Shown here one piece after another: positions 10,291 through 20,395 of a stretch of DNA of 64,000 nucleotides. The translations under genes were made by a program, and so were the position numbers. The DNA comes from Candidatus Coprovivens sp. (GTDB taxonomy: Bacteria; Bacillota_I; Bacilli_A; RF39; UBA660): NCBI GenBank assembly GCA_051892935.1, contig JBJFGS010000018.1, positions 1 through 64,000 on the forward strand, in the 5' to 3' direction. Each line of letters opens with the position of its first letter. The stretch's first letter is position 1. The notes beneath the pieces are model-generated. The model was not told where the DNA came from, did no database searches, and worked only from the letters and a program-made list of their open reading frames with translations.

Positions 10291-11176
10291 TCTAGAAAAC
10301 ATAAAAATAAATAGTAACGTTAATGAAAAAGCACTAAAAGCTAACTTCAACGAAGCCTGTAAAGATCAAAAATTTAGAAGACTTTTAAAAACCATAAATG
10401 TTGAAGACAAAGTAGCTATGAAATATACTTCAAGTTTAGAAAATACCATCAAAGAATTAAATAATTGCAGCAATTGTTCTGGACTAATATATTGTCAAAA
10501 CCATTTAGATGGACATGTTATGTACCCAGAATCTAAAGATAATCAAATAGTATTTTCATATGTTCCATGTAAATACGAAAAAGAACGTCGTGAAAAAGAA
10601 GCAAACAGAATGACAAGAGATAAAGAACTAGCAATGGCAAGTATGAAAGATGTAGATGGTACAGATAAAAAAAGAGAACCAGTCGTAAGATGGTTAATTA
10701 GCTTTTGTAAAACTTATGATAAAAATTCTAATCAAAAAGGATTATATCTTCACGGAACATTTGGTTGTGGTAAAACTTTTCTTATATCAGCAGTATTTAA
10801 CGAACTATCTAAAAAGAGAATAAGTACAGAAATAGTATACCTACCTGAATTATTACGTGATTTAAAAAGTGATTTCGACTCCTTTGCAGATAAAATAGAT
10901 TATCTAGAAAATGTTGATTTACTTCTAATTGATGATATTGGAGCTGAAAAAGTAACAGAGTGGAGTAGAGATGAAATTTTAGGAACAATCCTTCAACATC
11001 GAATGAATAACTATAAAACAACATTCTTCACTTCGAATCTTACTATTGAAGAATTAGAAGAACATTTAAAAATTAGTTCTAATATCGATGAAAATATAAA
11101 ATCACGTCGTATTATTGAAAGAATAAAACAACTAACTGTAGACATGGAATTAATCGGTCAAAATAAAAGAAAATAA
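10277..11176 (+). CDS. dnaI: Primosomal protein DnaI
   Basis: Cys-rich N-domain; KGLYLHGTFGCGKT Walker A; LLLIDDIGAE; TFFTSN. Confidence 0.95.
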   Translation: MNSDNLENIKINSNVNEKALKANFNEACKDQKFRRLLKTINVEDKVAMKYTSSLENTIKELNNCSNCSGLIYCQNHLDGHVMYPESKDNQIVFSYVPCKYEKERREKEANRMTRDKELAMASMKDVDGTDKKREPVVRWLISFCKTYDKNSNQKGLYLHGTFGCGKTFLISAVFNELSKKRISTEIVYLPELLRDLKSDFDSFADKIDYLENVDLLLIDDIGAEKVTEWSRDEILGTILQHRMNNYKTTFFTSNLTIEELEEHLKISSNIDENIKSRRIIERIKQLTVDMELIGQNKRK

Positions 11177-11254
11177 TCAAGATATCCTTGATTATTTTTA
11201 TTTGATATCTTCTATAAAATAGGATATTATATAAATAGAATAGGAGAAGTATAA

Positions 11255-13117
11255 ATGAAAAAAATATTTTACTTAATAATTACTTTTTTTGCCTTTATTA
11301 CAATAACAAACGCCAAAGGATGTCAAGTTATTTCAGGAAACGGCTTCAAGATTGGTGATGAAATAGCTTGTGGAAGTGAACACTTTTATGTAATGTCAAA
11401 TGATGGGACATATGTAAAAATGTTAGCTAAATATAATTTATTAGTCGAATCAGATATGTATATATTAACGTTAAATGGCTTTTCAAGCAATCATTATAAT
11501 GGATATTATGAAAATGAAGAAGTTAAAAAATTGTTACTAGAAGGATATTATGTTGATAGTAGTGATTATGATTATGATAATAATACAAATACATATTACA
11601 ATTTTAAGATTACTTTACTTAGAGACTACTATATTGATAGTAAAGCTGTATTTTTCGATACAGAAAAAACAACTCTAAAAGAAGTATATAACGATGAGGA
11701 AATAAAAAAGTATTTAAATAATGACTATATATTAAAGAATACTTTTAATATTAATAACAAATATATAGGTGCACGATTATATAAATACTATGATAATGAA
11801 TATGAATATAAAACGATAGTTTTAGATGGAACTCCCAAATCTTATTTTGAACTATATAACACAGAAGAAATAAAAACATTATTAGAAAATGGTTATTATA
11901 TATCATCATACGAATATACTATATGTAATAGTAATTCAAGTTTTAATTTTTGCGATTTTTATGCAGTTATATTAAAAAAAAATATGTATTACGACTATGT
12001 AAGTATTTTGGCTGATATGGAATACTCAAATAGTACTGATTTAACAGAATATCTAAAAACTAATACTGATTATCAAAAATATATAGATGATGGATATAAC
12101 TATGATTATTATAATTATTATAATAACTACGCTGGTGTATTATTATATAAGAGAATAAGTAGTGAACTTCATTACCAAAAAGAAATACTTCAAGATAAAA
12201 CTGCCATAGGAAGTCATGGAGTTTCAAAAGAAAGTCCGACATGGCCGGCACGTGGAATATATGCAATGTCCTATTATGAAGACTATTATAATTATTACAA
12301 TTATTACTCAGAAGATAAAGTTTATAATGATGGATTTTTTGATGTTACATTTGATACTGATAGCTATGCACTTTTTTATTTAAATATTTATAAAGATAGC
12401 TTAAATGAAAGTGGATATAATATTTCTAATATAGATTTGATTAGTGTTAAAGAATTGAATATGATACTAAAGGAGATTACTGGTAACGAACTACCATTAA
12501 ATGAGTATTATCAGCAATTATTAGAATTATGGGAAAATAAAGAACTTGATTGGTATGACATTGTTACATTAGATAGTATAAAAGACAACATTAGTACTGA
12601 GTTACAAGAAAAATATAATTGGTTATGGGGAACGACTTATTGGACAAAAACTACAAGTTTGATGAGTAATCGTATATTCATGTACTATGTTGATACATTA
12701 GGTGACTTGTGTAGCGCAGGAAACTATTGTCCAGACCCAGTTCCAGTTGGATTAAGACCAGTAGTAACAATTTCTACAGATGATTTACTATATAAGATAG
12801 AAACAAAAACAGATGGTAATGGAAGTATAGAAACAATAACAGAATCTAAAGCTGGTAAGGGAGTAACTTTTGTCGTAACACCAAACGAAGGATATACATT
12901 AAAAGAAGTAAAAGTAACAGATGCTAATGGTAATGTCCTAACATTTAAGGACTATACATTTACAATGCCTGATTCCAATGTTTTAATTGAAGCTACATTT
13001 GAAGTTGAATCACCACCGACTACAACAGCTAACATAACTATTGCAATTATCCTAATTTGTATTAGTTTAATAATAATTTTAAAATACAAAAGAAAAGGAA
13101 TTTGGCTTATTAATTAA
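11255..13117 (+). CDS. Secreted, cell-wall-anchored surface protein (paralogue A) with C-terminal divergent InlB-B/Flg_new-type repeat
   Basis: Signal peptide; YWT...GLRPVVTIS; VTPNEGYTLKEVKV..FTMPDSNVLIEATF; SPPTT-hydrophobic-KYKRK tail. Confidence 0.75.
   Translation: MKKIFYLIITFFAFITITNAKGCQVISGNGFKIGDEIACGSEHFYVMSNDGTYVKMLAKYNLLVESDMYILTLNGFSSNHYNGYYENEEVKKLLLEGYYVDSSDYDYDNNTNTYYNFKITLLRDYYIDSKAVFFDTEKTTLKEVYNDEEIKKYLNNDYILKNTFNINNKYIGARLYKYYDNEYEYKTIVLDGTPKSYFELYNTEEIKTLLENGYYISSYEYTICNSNSSFNFCDFYAVILKKNMYYDYVSILADMEYSNSTDLTEYLKTNTDYQKYIDDGYNYDYYNYYNNYAGVLLYKRISSELHYQKEILQDKTAIGSHGVSKESPTWPARGIYAMSYYEDYYNYYNYYSEDKVYNDGFFDVTFDTDSYALFYLNIYKDSLNESGYNISNIDLISVKELNMILKEITGNELPLNEYYQQLLELWENKELDWYDIVTLDSIKDNISTELQEKYNWLWGTTYWTKTTSLMSNRIFMYYVDTLGDLCSAGNYCPDPVPVGLRPVVTISTDDLLYKIETKTDGNGSIETITESKAGKGVTFVVTPNEGYTLKEVKVTDANGNVLTFKDYTFTMPDSNVLIEATFEVESPPTTTANITIAIILICISLIIILKYKRKGIWLIN
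11285..11439 (+). repeat. 155-bp direct repeat, copy 1 (identical to 13306-13460)
   Basis: Base-by-base comparison, offset 2021. Confidence 0.93.
12780..13051 (+). repeat. 272-bp direct repeat, copy 1 (identical to 14792-15063)
   Basis: Base-by-base comparison, offset 2012. Confidence 0.93.
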
Positions 13118-13275
13118 AAAATAAATATATAATAACTATAATTTAATAAAATAACTTCAGCGACTAAATTTTATTCATAATACAACCAAAGAATCAAAGA
13201 AATATTGATTCTTTTTTTCATTTGATAATATTCATAAAATGAGATATTATATAAATAAGAATAGGAGAAGTATAA

Positions 13276-15129
13276 ATGAAAAAACTATTTTATTTATTAA
13301 TTACCTTTTTTGCCTTTATTACAATAACAAACGCCAAAGGATGTCAAGTTATTTCAGGAAACGGCTTCAAGATTGGTGATGAAATAGCTTGTGGAAGTGA
13401 ACACTTTTATGTAATGTCAAATGATGGGACATATGTAAAAATGTTAGCTAAATATAATTTGTTAGTAGGGACTGATTATTTAAAAATTGAATTAGATAAC
13501 ATAGAAGGAACTTCATCAAGTGTTGTCTTTACAGATTCTAAAGTTCAAGAAGCCATAAAAAACGGATATTATCATTTGTACAATACTAATTGTACTATAT
13601 CCGATTCAATTTATACATGTGATCAAGCTATATTAACCCGCTCATCAACATATTCGTCAAAAGTAATTTTTTTTGAAAAACCAATTTCTTCGATACACGA
13701 AGTATTTAAGAGTGAAGAAGTGCAGGAAATATTTGATGATGGCTATAAATATAATGAATGTTACTCTTACAATAATTTAATTTATGGTATTTCTTTTATA
13801 AATGAAAATACAAATATTTATGATTACAAAACAGTTGTGTTTGATAAAAATTCAAGAATAACATATTCAGAACTTTTCAAAAAAGAGGAAGTGAAAAAGT
13901 TATTAGAAGATGGTTATATTTTTTCAAAAATATATGGAGAATCCTATTATACATGCGGAAATGAAAGTGAATGTTCGACAAATGTATATGCTGCTTTATT
14001 ATACAAGGATTCTAGATACGAATTTGTAAATATTTTTGCTAATACAATCTATAAAGAAACATCGGATTTAATAGATTATTTAACAAATAATGTCGCTGAG
14101 TATAATCAGTTACTAGAAAAAGGATATTATTTGAAAAATTATATTTACACTCCACATTCTATGTCTGGATCAAATATTGTATATACTTCTGATTTTACTT
14201 TAGGATTAGTTTTACAAAAAAAAGTTAAAAATCTAAATCTTTATAATTTAAGGCAAAATGAATTAGCCATCGGGGCTCATGGTAGTCAATATGGTAAACC
14301 AGAACCAGAAGAAATTGGAGTAATCAGTTCAGCTTTGATTTGGGGAAAATATGAAAACAATATAATTTATGATGAAGGATATATTGATGCTTACTTTGAT
14401 GAAGATGCAGGTTATTACCTAAATTCCTATTACGATACATTAATTAATGATGGTTATGACATAGAGGATGTAATTGTTCCTAGCGTAGGGGATTTGAATG
14501 AATTAGCTTTTAAATTAACAGAAGCATATTTGCCATTATCTAAATGGTGGTATGAATGGGAAGAAAACTATTCGGATATGTTAAATAATAAGTACTATAT
14601 AGTTGGAAGCATTAAAGATTATATTCCAGAGGAATATTCGTGGATATGGAGTACTACATATTGGACAAGAACTTGGGACCCAGATGGAAATCATGCATAC
14701 TTTGTTGATACTTTAGGAAACTTATGTTCGGCTCATTATTGCAATTATATTGTAGGTGCCGGATTAAGACCATTAGTCACAATCTCAGCAAATGATTTAC
14801 TATATAAGATAGAAACAAAAACAGATGGTAATGGAAGTATAGAAACAATAACAGAATCTAAAGCTGGTAAGGGAGTAACTTTTGTCGTAACACCAAACGA
14901 AGGATATACATTAAAAGAAGTAAAAGTAACAGATGCTAATGGTAATGTCCTAACATTTAAGGACTATACATTTACAATGCCTGATTCCAATGTTTTAATT
15001 GAAGCTACATTTGAAGTTGAATCACCACCGACTACAACAGCTAACATAACTATTGCAATTATCTTAATTTGTATAAGCTTAATAATAATTCTAAAATACA
15101 AAACAAAAGGAAAATGGCTTAATAATTAA
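13276..15129 (+). CDS. Secreted, cell-wall-anchored surface protein (paralogue B)
   Basis: Same architecture as 11255; near-identical N- and C-terminal parts, divergent core. Confidence 0.75.
   Translation: MKKLFYLLITFFAFITITNAKGCQVISGNGFKIGDEIACGSEHFYVMSNDGTYVKMLAKYNLLVGTDYLKIELDNIEGTSSSVVFTDSKVQEAIKNGYYHLYNTNCTISDSIYTCDQAILTRSSTYSSKVIFFEKPISSIHEVFKSEEVQEIFDDGYKYNECYSYNNLIYGISFINENTNIYDYKTVVFDKNSRITYSELFKKEEVKKLLEDGYIFSKIYGESYYTCGNESECSTNVYAALLYKDSRYEFVNIFANTIYKETSDLIDYLTNNVAEYNQLLEKGYYLKNYIYTPHSMSGSNIVYTSDFTLGLVLQKKVKNLNLYNLRQNELAIGAHGSQYGKPEPEEIGVISSALIWGKYENNIIYDEGYIDAYFDEDAGYYLNSYYDTLINDGYDIEDVIVPSVGDLNELAFKLTEAYLPLSKWWYEWEENYSDMLNNKYYIVGSIKDYIPEEYSWIWSTTYWTRTWDPDGNHAYFVDTLGNLCSAHYCNYIVGAGLRPLVTISANDLLYKIETKTDGNGSIETITESKAGKGVTFVVTPNEGYTLKEVKVTDANGNVLTFKDYTFTMPDSNVLIEATFEVESPPTTTANITIAIILICISLIIILKYKTKGKWLNN
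13306..13460 (+). repeat. 155-bp direct repeat, copy 2
   Basis: Identical to 11285-11439. Confidence 0.93.
14792..15063 (+). repeat. 272-bp direct repeat, copy 2
   Basis: Identical to 12780-13051. Confidence 0.93.
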
Positions 15130-15200
15130 AAAATTGTTAAATAATATAAAAAATAGCGATAATATCGCTATTTTTTGTTATAATATTTTTGGTGATATAA

Positions 15201-16136
15201 ATGAGAAATACAAAAGTAATATTTATGGGTACTCCAGACTTTGCTGTACCAGTATTAGAAGGCTTATTAGAAAATACCAATGTTATAATGGTTGTAACAC
15301 AACCAGATAAAGAAGTAGGTCGCAATCATGAAATAGTTCCGACTCCAATTAAAAAAATAGCTCAAGAACATAATGTTGAAGTATTTCAACCAATCAAAAT
15401 AAGAAATGACTACGAAAAAATTATCAACGCAGGAGCTGATATTATTATAACTTGTGCATATGGTCAAATTATTCCTGAAATAATTTTAAACAATCCTCCT
15501 TTAGGATGTATCAATGTTCATGCATCCCTATTACCTCGATTAAGAGGCGGAGCACCACTTCACCATGCTTTAATCGATGGTGAAACAAAAACCGGTGTAA
15601 CTATTATGTACATGGATAAAAAAATGGATACAGGTGATATCATATCCCAAAAAGAATATATTATTAAAAATACTGATAATGTAGGAATAATTCATGATAC
15701 TTTAAGCATTATGGGAAAAGAACTATTATTAGAAACATTACCATCCATAATAGAAAAAACCAATAATAGAACTCCTCAAAATAACGAAGAAGCAACATAT
15801 GCTTACAACATATCACGTGAGGAAGAACACATCGATTTCAATCGCCCAGCTAAGGAAATATACAATCAAGTAAGAGGATTATACCCTTGGCCAAAAGCCA
15901 ATACAATAATAGATGGTTTAGAAGTTAAAGTCCTAGAATGCTTTATAAGTGATAAAGATTCAAATTTTTCATCCGGAACAATTTGTGATATTACCAAAGA
16001 TAGTATAGGTATATGCACTAAAGACAAAGTTATTTATATAACCAAAGTAAAGCCATTCGGCAAAAAAGAAATGCTTGCCTTAGATTACATAAATGGCTTA
16101 AATAAAGAAAAAATACTACATAGTATAGTAGAGTAA
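15201..16136 (+). CDS. fmt: Methionyl-tRNA formyltransferase
   Basis: FMGTPDFA, VVTQPDK, INVHASLLPRLRGGAP. Confidence 0.97.
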   Translation: MRNTKVIFMGTPDFAVPVLEGLLENTNVIMVVTQPDKEVGRNHEIVPTPIKKIAQEHNVEVFQPIKIRNDYEKIINAGADIIITCAYGQIIPEIILNNPPLGCINVHASLLPRLRGGAPLHHALIDGETKTGVTIMYMDKKMDTGDIISQKEYIIKNTDNVGIIHDTLSIMGKELLLETLPSIIEKTNNRTPQNNEEATYAYNISREEEHIDFNRPAKEIYNQVRGLYPWPKANTIIDGLEVKVLECFISDKDSNFSSGTICDITKDSIGICTKDKVIYITKVKPFGKKEMLALDYINGLNKEKILHSIVE

Positions 16137-16140
16137 TTAT

Positions 16141-16716
16141 ATGAATAATAAAAAGTTTTTAAAAATATATGGTTTAATAATACTCCTTCTATTATTAGTT
16201 ATTTTTATTATACCAGATGAGTTTTATTTAAAATTAGTAACAAAACTTCATAAACAAGAAATAACAGTTAAAGAAAGCAAAACATATACTTTTACCGAAA
16301 TATCAAAGCAACAAGAAAAACTACTAACAGATAACTATCAATATGAATATCTTATGTTAGATAGCATTGGTGAAAAAACAATTACAGTAAGTTGTGAAGG
16401 TGAAAAAAAAGGTAACACTGATAACGGATCATGTACTCAATCAGAAGAAAAAACATATACTAAAGAAACAAAAAAAGATACAATTCTTAGTATGAATGTT
16501 AAATATATAGATTTAGAATATATTTTTAATGCAATAAAAGATATAGAACCATCTAAGATAACATATACTAAAACAAGAGAATTATTATATAAAACTAAAT
16601 TATTAGAATTAGATACAGATATTACAATATATACAGATTTAGAAAATATTACACAAATAAGTATAAGCAACGCCTATATGACATATGTATTTAAATATAT
16701 AAGTACCAACGATTGA
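16141..16716 (+). CDS. Hypothetical membrane-anchored protein
   Basis: N-terminal TM; 4 nt after fmt. Confidence 0.6.
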   Translation: MNNKKFLKIYGLIILLLLLVIFIIPDEFYLKLVTKLHKQEITVKESKTYTFTEISKQQEKLLTDNYQYEYLMLDSIGEKTITVSCEGEKKGNTDNGSCTQSEEKTYTKETKKDTILSMNVKYIDLEYIFNAIKDIEPSKITYTKTRELLYKTKLLELDTDITIYTDLENITQISISNAYMTYVFKYISTND

Positions 16717-16765
16717 CAATTAATAATTCACTTGATATCATATGAAAATGAGGGGAAATTTTGGT

Positions 16766-17620
16766 ATGAAAAAGGAAAAAGTTATTAAGATAGAAAAGGA
16801 ATCTAAGTTAGAAAAAAATCATACAAGAAATAAAATATTAGTAAACATGATAACAGGAATCCGTTCTTTAGGAACAATTGCCATAATACCTATATTTCTG
16901 CAATGTGGTTCATTTACAACCGCTCTTGCTGCCGCAGGATTCTTTGCTACTGACTTCATTGATGGTTTTCTAGCAAGAAAATTAAAAGTTCAATCATTTT
17001 TTGGCAGTTTATTAGATGCCTTATCAGACAAAGCATTTGGAATAATTTGTCTAACTTTATTATCTACACTTAATCCTATATTTATAGCTATTATCGGTAT
17101 AGAATTAGGAATATTTGCGATAAACTATCATAGTGCTCAAAACAACAACAATGTCAAAACAAGTCAAGTTGGTCGTGCTAAAACTCTATTATTAGCAGCC
17201 ACAATTGTTGGAAGTCTCTTCTGTTATGGCGCACCCACATTAAAAGAAGTTCTAAATTATATTAATATATCTTCTTTTAATACATTACTAGAAACAAACC
17301 CAAATATTTTATCAACAATTCTTGCTATACCACTAATAGGAGCCAATTTATATGTTGCAAAAGATTATCTAAATACTGCTAAAAAGCAAGAAAAAAAACA
17401 AGAACAATCTAAAGAACCACCAACTTATGAAATAGCTAAAGATAGCCTTTCTACAAATTTAGAGCAAATTGCTCAAGAAAGAGAAAAACTTCTCGGTCAA
17501 AAAGAACAACTAAAAGTATTAAAGTCACGTGAAGAAATAATCCACGACTTATTTGATACAGAATTTTATCTAAAACACAAGGATGATAAAATAAAATCAT
17601 TATTATATAAACGAAGGTAG
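16766..17620 (+). CDS. CDP-alcohol phosphatidyltransferase family protein
   Basis: NMITGIR; TDFIDGFLARK...FGSLLDALSDK signature; charged C-terminal extension. Confidence 0.88.
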   Translation: MKKEKVIKIEKESKLEKNHTRNKILVNMITGIRSLGTIAIIPIFLQCGSFTTALAAAGFFATDFIDGFLARKLKVQSFFGSLLDALSDKAFGIICLTLLSTLNPIFIAIIGIELGIFAINYHSAQNNNNVKTSQVGRAKTLLLAATIVGSLFCYGAPTLKEVLNYINISSFNTLLETNPNILSTILAIPLIGANLYVAKDYLNTAKKQEKKQEQSKEPPTYEIAKDSLSTNLEQIAQEREKLLGQKEQLKVLKSREEIIHDLFDTEFYLKHKDDKIKSLLYKRR

Positions 17621-17627
17621 TGAAGTC

Positions 17628-18140
17628 ATGAACAAACAGGATATGCAGATTTTAGTAGAACAATATTTTAAATTCATTGGAATTTCTAAAAAATATCAAA
17701 AAAGAATATTTAATATATTAAGTTATTGTAAAGAAGTTAGAGATACTGCATACCCAATGAAGAATTCAAATGTAACAGAACTTCAACTAGTAGAGTTTAC
17801 AGCTCGTAAAGAAAAAGATTTATTCTATATAAATGGTTCCTTATCTTTAGTAGATGGTGAAAAAAGTGAAAATAGAACTTTTGAAGCTTATGTATTTGAA
17901 GATAAAGAAGAAGGTAAAACAAGAGTATATATGGATATTACAAGATTATGCGTTGAAGATGAACCTAAAATGATTCGTACTAGCGAAGATATTATTGAAG
18001 ATGAGCAAAACGTTATATCAGTAACAATGTATGCTTCAAGTGATGCTTCTGAAGAAAAAATGTTTTCTGCTGAATTCCCTAAAAACCCATCTGATGACTA
18101 CGTTTTTAATCAAAAAGCCAAACAATTAAGTGCTCTATAA
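17628..18140 (+). CDS. Hypothetical cytoplasmic protein
   Basis: 170-aa ORF with SD, followed by a terminator. Confidence 0.65.
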   Translation: MNKQDMQILVEQYFKFIGISKKYQKRIFNILSYCKEVRDTAYPMKNSNVTELQLVEFTARKEKDLFYINGSLSLVDGEKSENRTFEAYVFEDKEEGKTRVYMDITRLCVEDEPKMIRTSEDIIEDEQNVISVTMYASSDASEEKMFSAEFPKNPSDDYVFNQKAKQLSAL

Positions 18141-18185
18141 GAAGCACTTATTTTTATTTATGATATAATGAAATAGGTGATTTAA

Positions 18186-19472
18186 ATGACACAAACAAAA
18201 AACATCGTTATTTCAATAATTCTTTTTTGTATAATAATTATCTTTAACATATATCAAAAAAAGAGAGTTAAAAATACATACAAAGACACTTTATATAATA
18301 AAACAAAGAATTTAAAGAAGATATTGTACATACTTAGTATTTTTACGTTTATTATAGTATTAATCCTAAATATAGTAATTTATGGAAACATTACAGATAC
18401 AAAAACGACAATATCATATATAGTTAATGCCTTATCTATTTCTATACTAATATCTCCAATTACTATAAGCAATCTTTATATTTGTTATTTTAAAGATGAA
18501 GAAAAAATATCTCATATAAAAACAATAGTGACTAATAATATTAATTCCAATCTTTTAAAAAAATTTAAAAAAGCAGATATAAATATAATATATCTTTCTT
18601 CAAAAGAAAATGATTTTAAACTAAAAACAATAGAAGAAAAAGATATACAAAAATCTCTATTAACAAAAAGTATTCAAATAAAAACAGATAATCTAAATAT
18701 AATAGATAATTTAATAAATAAGGAAAACACGATTAAAGAATATAAAAATACAACTGAATTATATAATAAAATATATAATGCTCGAGGAACACATGATAAC
18801 TTTATAAGAGGATTAAAATATACTATAAGAACATATTTAGCTATAATTATAAGCTATATGCTTTTATTAATAATGGGATTCCCATTTACTTATAATCTTC
18901 TACTAGTTATCATTTTAAAAATATTTACTATTATAACAACCAATATAATATATAAAAAAATGCCCTACGATAAAGACATAATGGAAAGAAAAGTAAAAGA
19001 TAAAAATGTAATATTAGGTAAACAAGAATTACTATTTACTATAATAGAAAGTTTCTACATATCATTTGTTATAACATTACCATATATGTATATTATGTCC
19101 CAAGGTGGAACTCAACAATTTGCTAATACAACATACTATTTAATCTTTATTTATTCAGAATTATTTATAATCTATTCTAATATAAGTGAATCATTTATCT
19201 TAATAAATATCTTTAAATCTTTAAAAAATATATATCTAATAGTATATAGTATATTTAATATACTAATAGTATTATTATTAAATTTTACAACAATATTTAA
19301 TACTAGAAACATCTATTTACATAATAATATATCATGTTTATTATTTGGTTTAATACCAATTGTTTTTATTGAACTCACCAAATTAGCAAGATACTTTACT
19401 TTGAAAGGAAAGAAAAAAAATGAAAATAAAAATAACAAAAAACAAAGAAGAAGCAAATCTAATAACTCATGA
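18186..19472 (+). CDS. Degenerate P-type ATPase-like membrane protein (cation ATPase C-terminal domain), no catalytic motifs
   Basis: ARGTHDNFIRGLKY and PYDKDIMERKVKD resemble P-type M5 and M6-7 loop; no DKTGT, TGES or GDGxND. Confidence 0.7.
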   Translation: MTQTKNIVISIILFCIIIIFNIYQKKRVKNTYKDTLYNKTKNLKKILYILSIFTFIIVLILNIVIYGNITDTKTTISYIVNALSISILISPITISNLYICYFKDEEKISHIKTIVTNNINSNLLKKFKKADINIIYLSSKENDFKLKTIEEKDIQKSLLTKSIQIKTDNLNIIDNLINKENTIKEYKNTTELYNKIYNARGTHDNFIRGLKYTIRTYLAIIISYMLLLIMGFPFTYNLLLVIILKIFTIITTNIIYKKMPYDKDIMERKVKDKNVILGKQELLFTIIESFYISFVITLPYMYIMSQGGTQQFANTTYYLIFIYSELFIIYSNISESFILINIFKSLKNIYLIVYSIFNILIVLLLNFTTIFNTRNIYLHNNISCLLFGLIPIVFIELTKLARYFTLKGKKKNENKNNKKQRRSKSNNS

Positions 19473-20334
19473 TGGAAAATTTCATCCTGATGATATTTTT
19501 TCAACAGTTCTTTTATCTAAAATTGTTGAAAAACCATGTCTATATCGTATAGGAGTAGGTCAAGTAGAAAGTGAAAAAGCTATCATCTATGATGTTGGTT
19601 TTGGTAAATTTGATCACCATGGACCAAATGCTAAAAAAAGGCCCAATAGTAATTTAAAATATTGTTCATTCGGTCTATTATGGACAGAATATGGCCATAA
19701 ATACCTTAACAAAGAAAATTATGATTACGTTGAAGAATTATATAATGCTATTGAAGAAACACTAGTAAAACAAATAGATGGTATTGATAATGGAATATTT
19801 CCTGAAATAAAAGCCGAATACAAATTATTAGATTTAGATGAAATAATTGATATGTACAATCCAACTTGGGAAGAAACCCCTGATACAGATATTAACTTTG
19901 CTAATGCTTTAAATATAGCTGAAGAAATATTTGATAACGTAATAAGAACAGAATATTCTAAAATAAAAGCAACGAAAATTGTTGAATCAAAAATTAATAG
20001 TGTCAAAAATAATATCTTGATACTTGATAAATATATGCCATATCAGCATGCTATCTTCTCATCAACAAATCCATTAGCTAAGGAAATAAAAATTATAATT
20101 CTTCCTTCCAACAGAGGTGGCTATTGTATAAAACCTATAACAGTAAGAGAAGAATCAAAAGAACTATTAATAAACTTTCCTAAAGAATATCGTGGTTTAC
20201 ATGATGAAGAATTAGCTAAAATTTCAGGAATTAAAACTGCTAAATTTGTTCACGCAAGTGGATTTTTAGCATCAACGGAAACATTAGAAGATGCAATACT
20301 TTTAGCACATAAAGCTCTTGAAAATAAGGAATAA
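19420..20334 (+). CDS. MYG1 family (UPF0160) metal-dependent hydrolase/exonuclease
   Basis: THDGKFHPDD, DVG..FDHH, IDGIDNG, FVHASGF. Confidence 0.9.
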   Translation: MKIKITKNKEEANLITHDGKFHPDDIFSTVLLSKIVEKPCLYRIGVGQVESEKAIIYDVGFGKFDHHGPNAKKRPNSNLKYCSFGLLWTEYGHKYLNKENYDYVEELYNAIEETLVKQIDGIDNGIFPEIKAEYKLLDLDEIIDMYNPTWEETPDTDINFANALNIAEEIFDNVIRTEYSKIKATKIVESKINSVKNNILILDKYMPYQHAIFSSTNPLAKEIKIIILPSNRGGYCIKPITVREESKELLINFPKEYRGLHDEELAKISGIKTAKFVHASGFLASTETLEDAILLAHKALENKE

Positions 20335-20395
20335 AATTCCTTTTTTTTTATGTATAATAATGTTATAATATATAAAGAATAAGGAGTTGTGCTAC

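Noticed and set aside
11255-15129. Diversity-generating retroelement
   Set aside because: No reverse transcriptase in the window; the repeats are fully identical rather than differing at adenines; no template repeat seen
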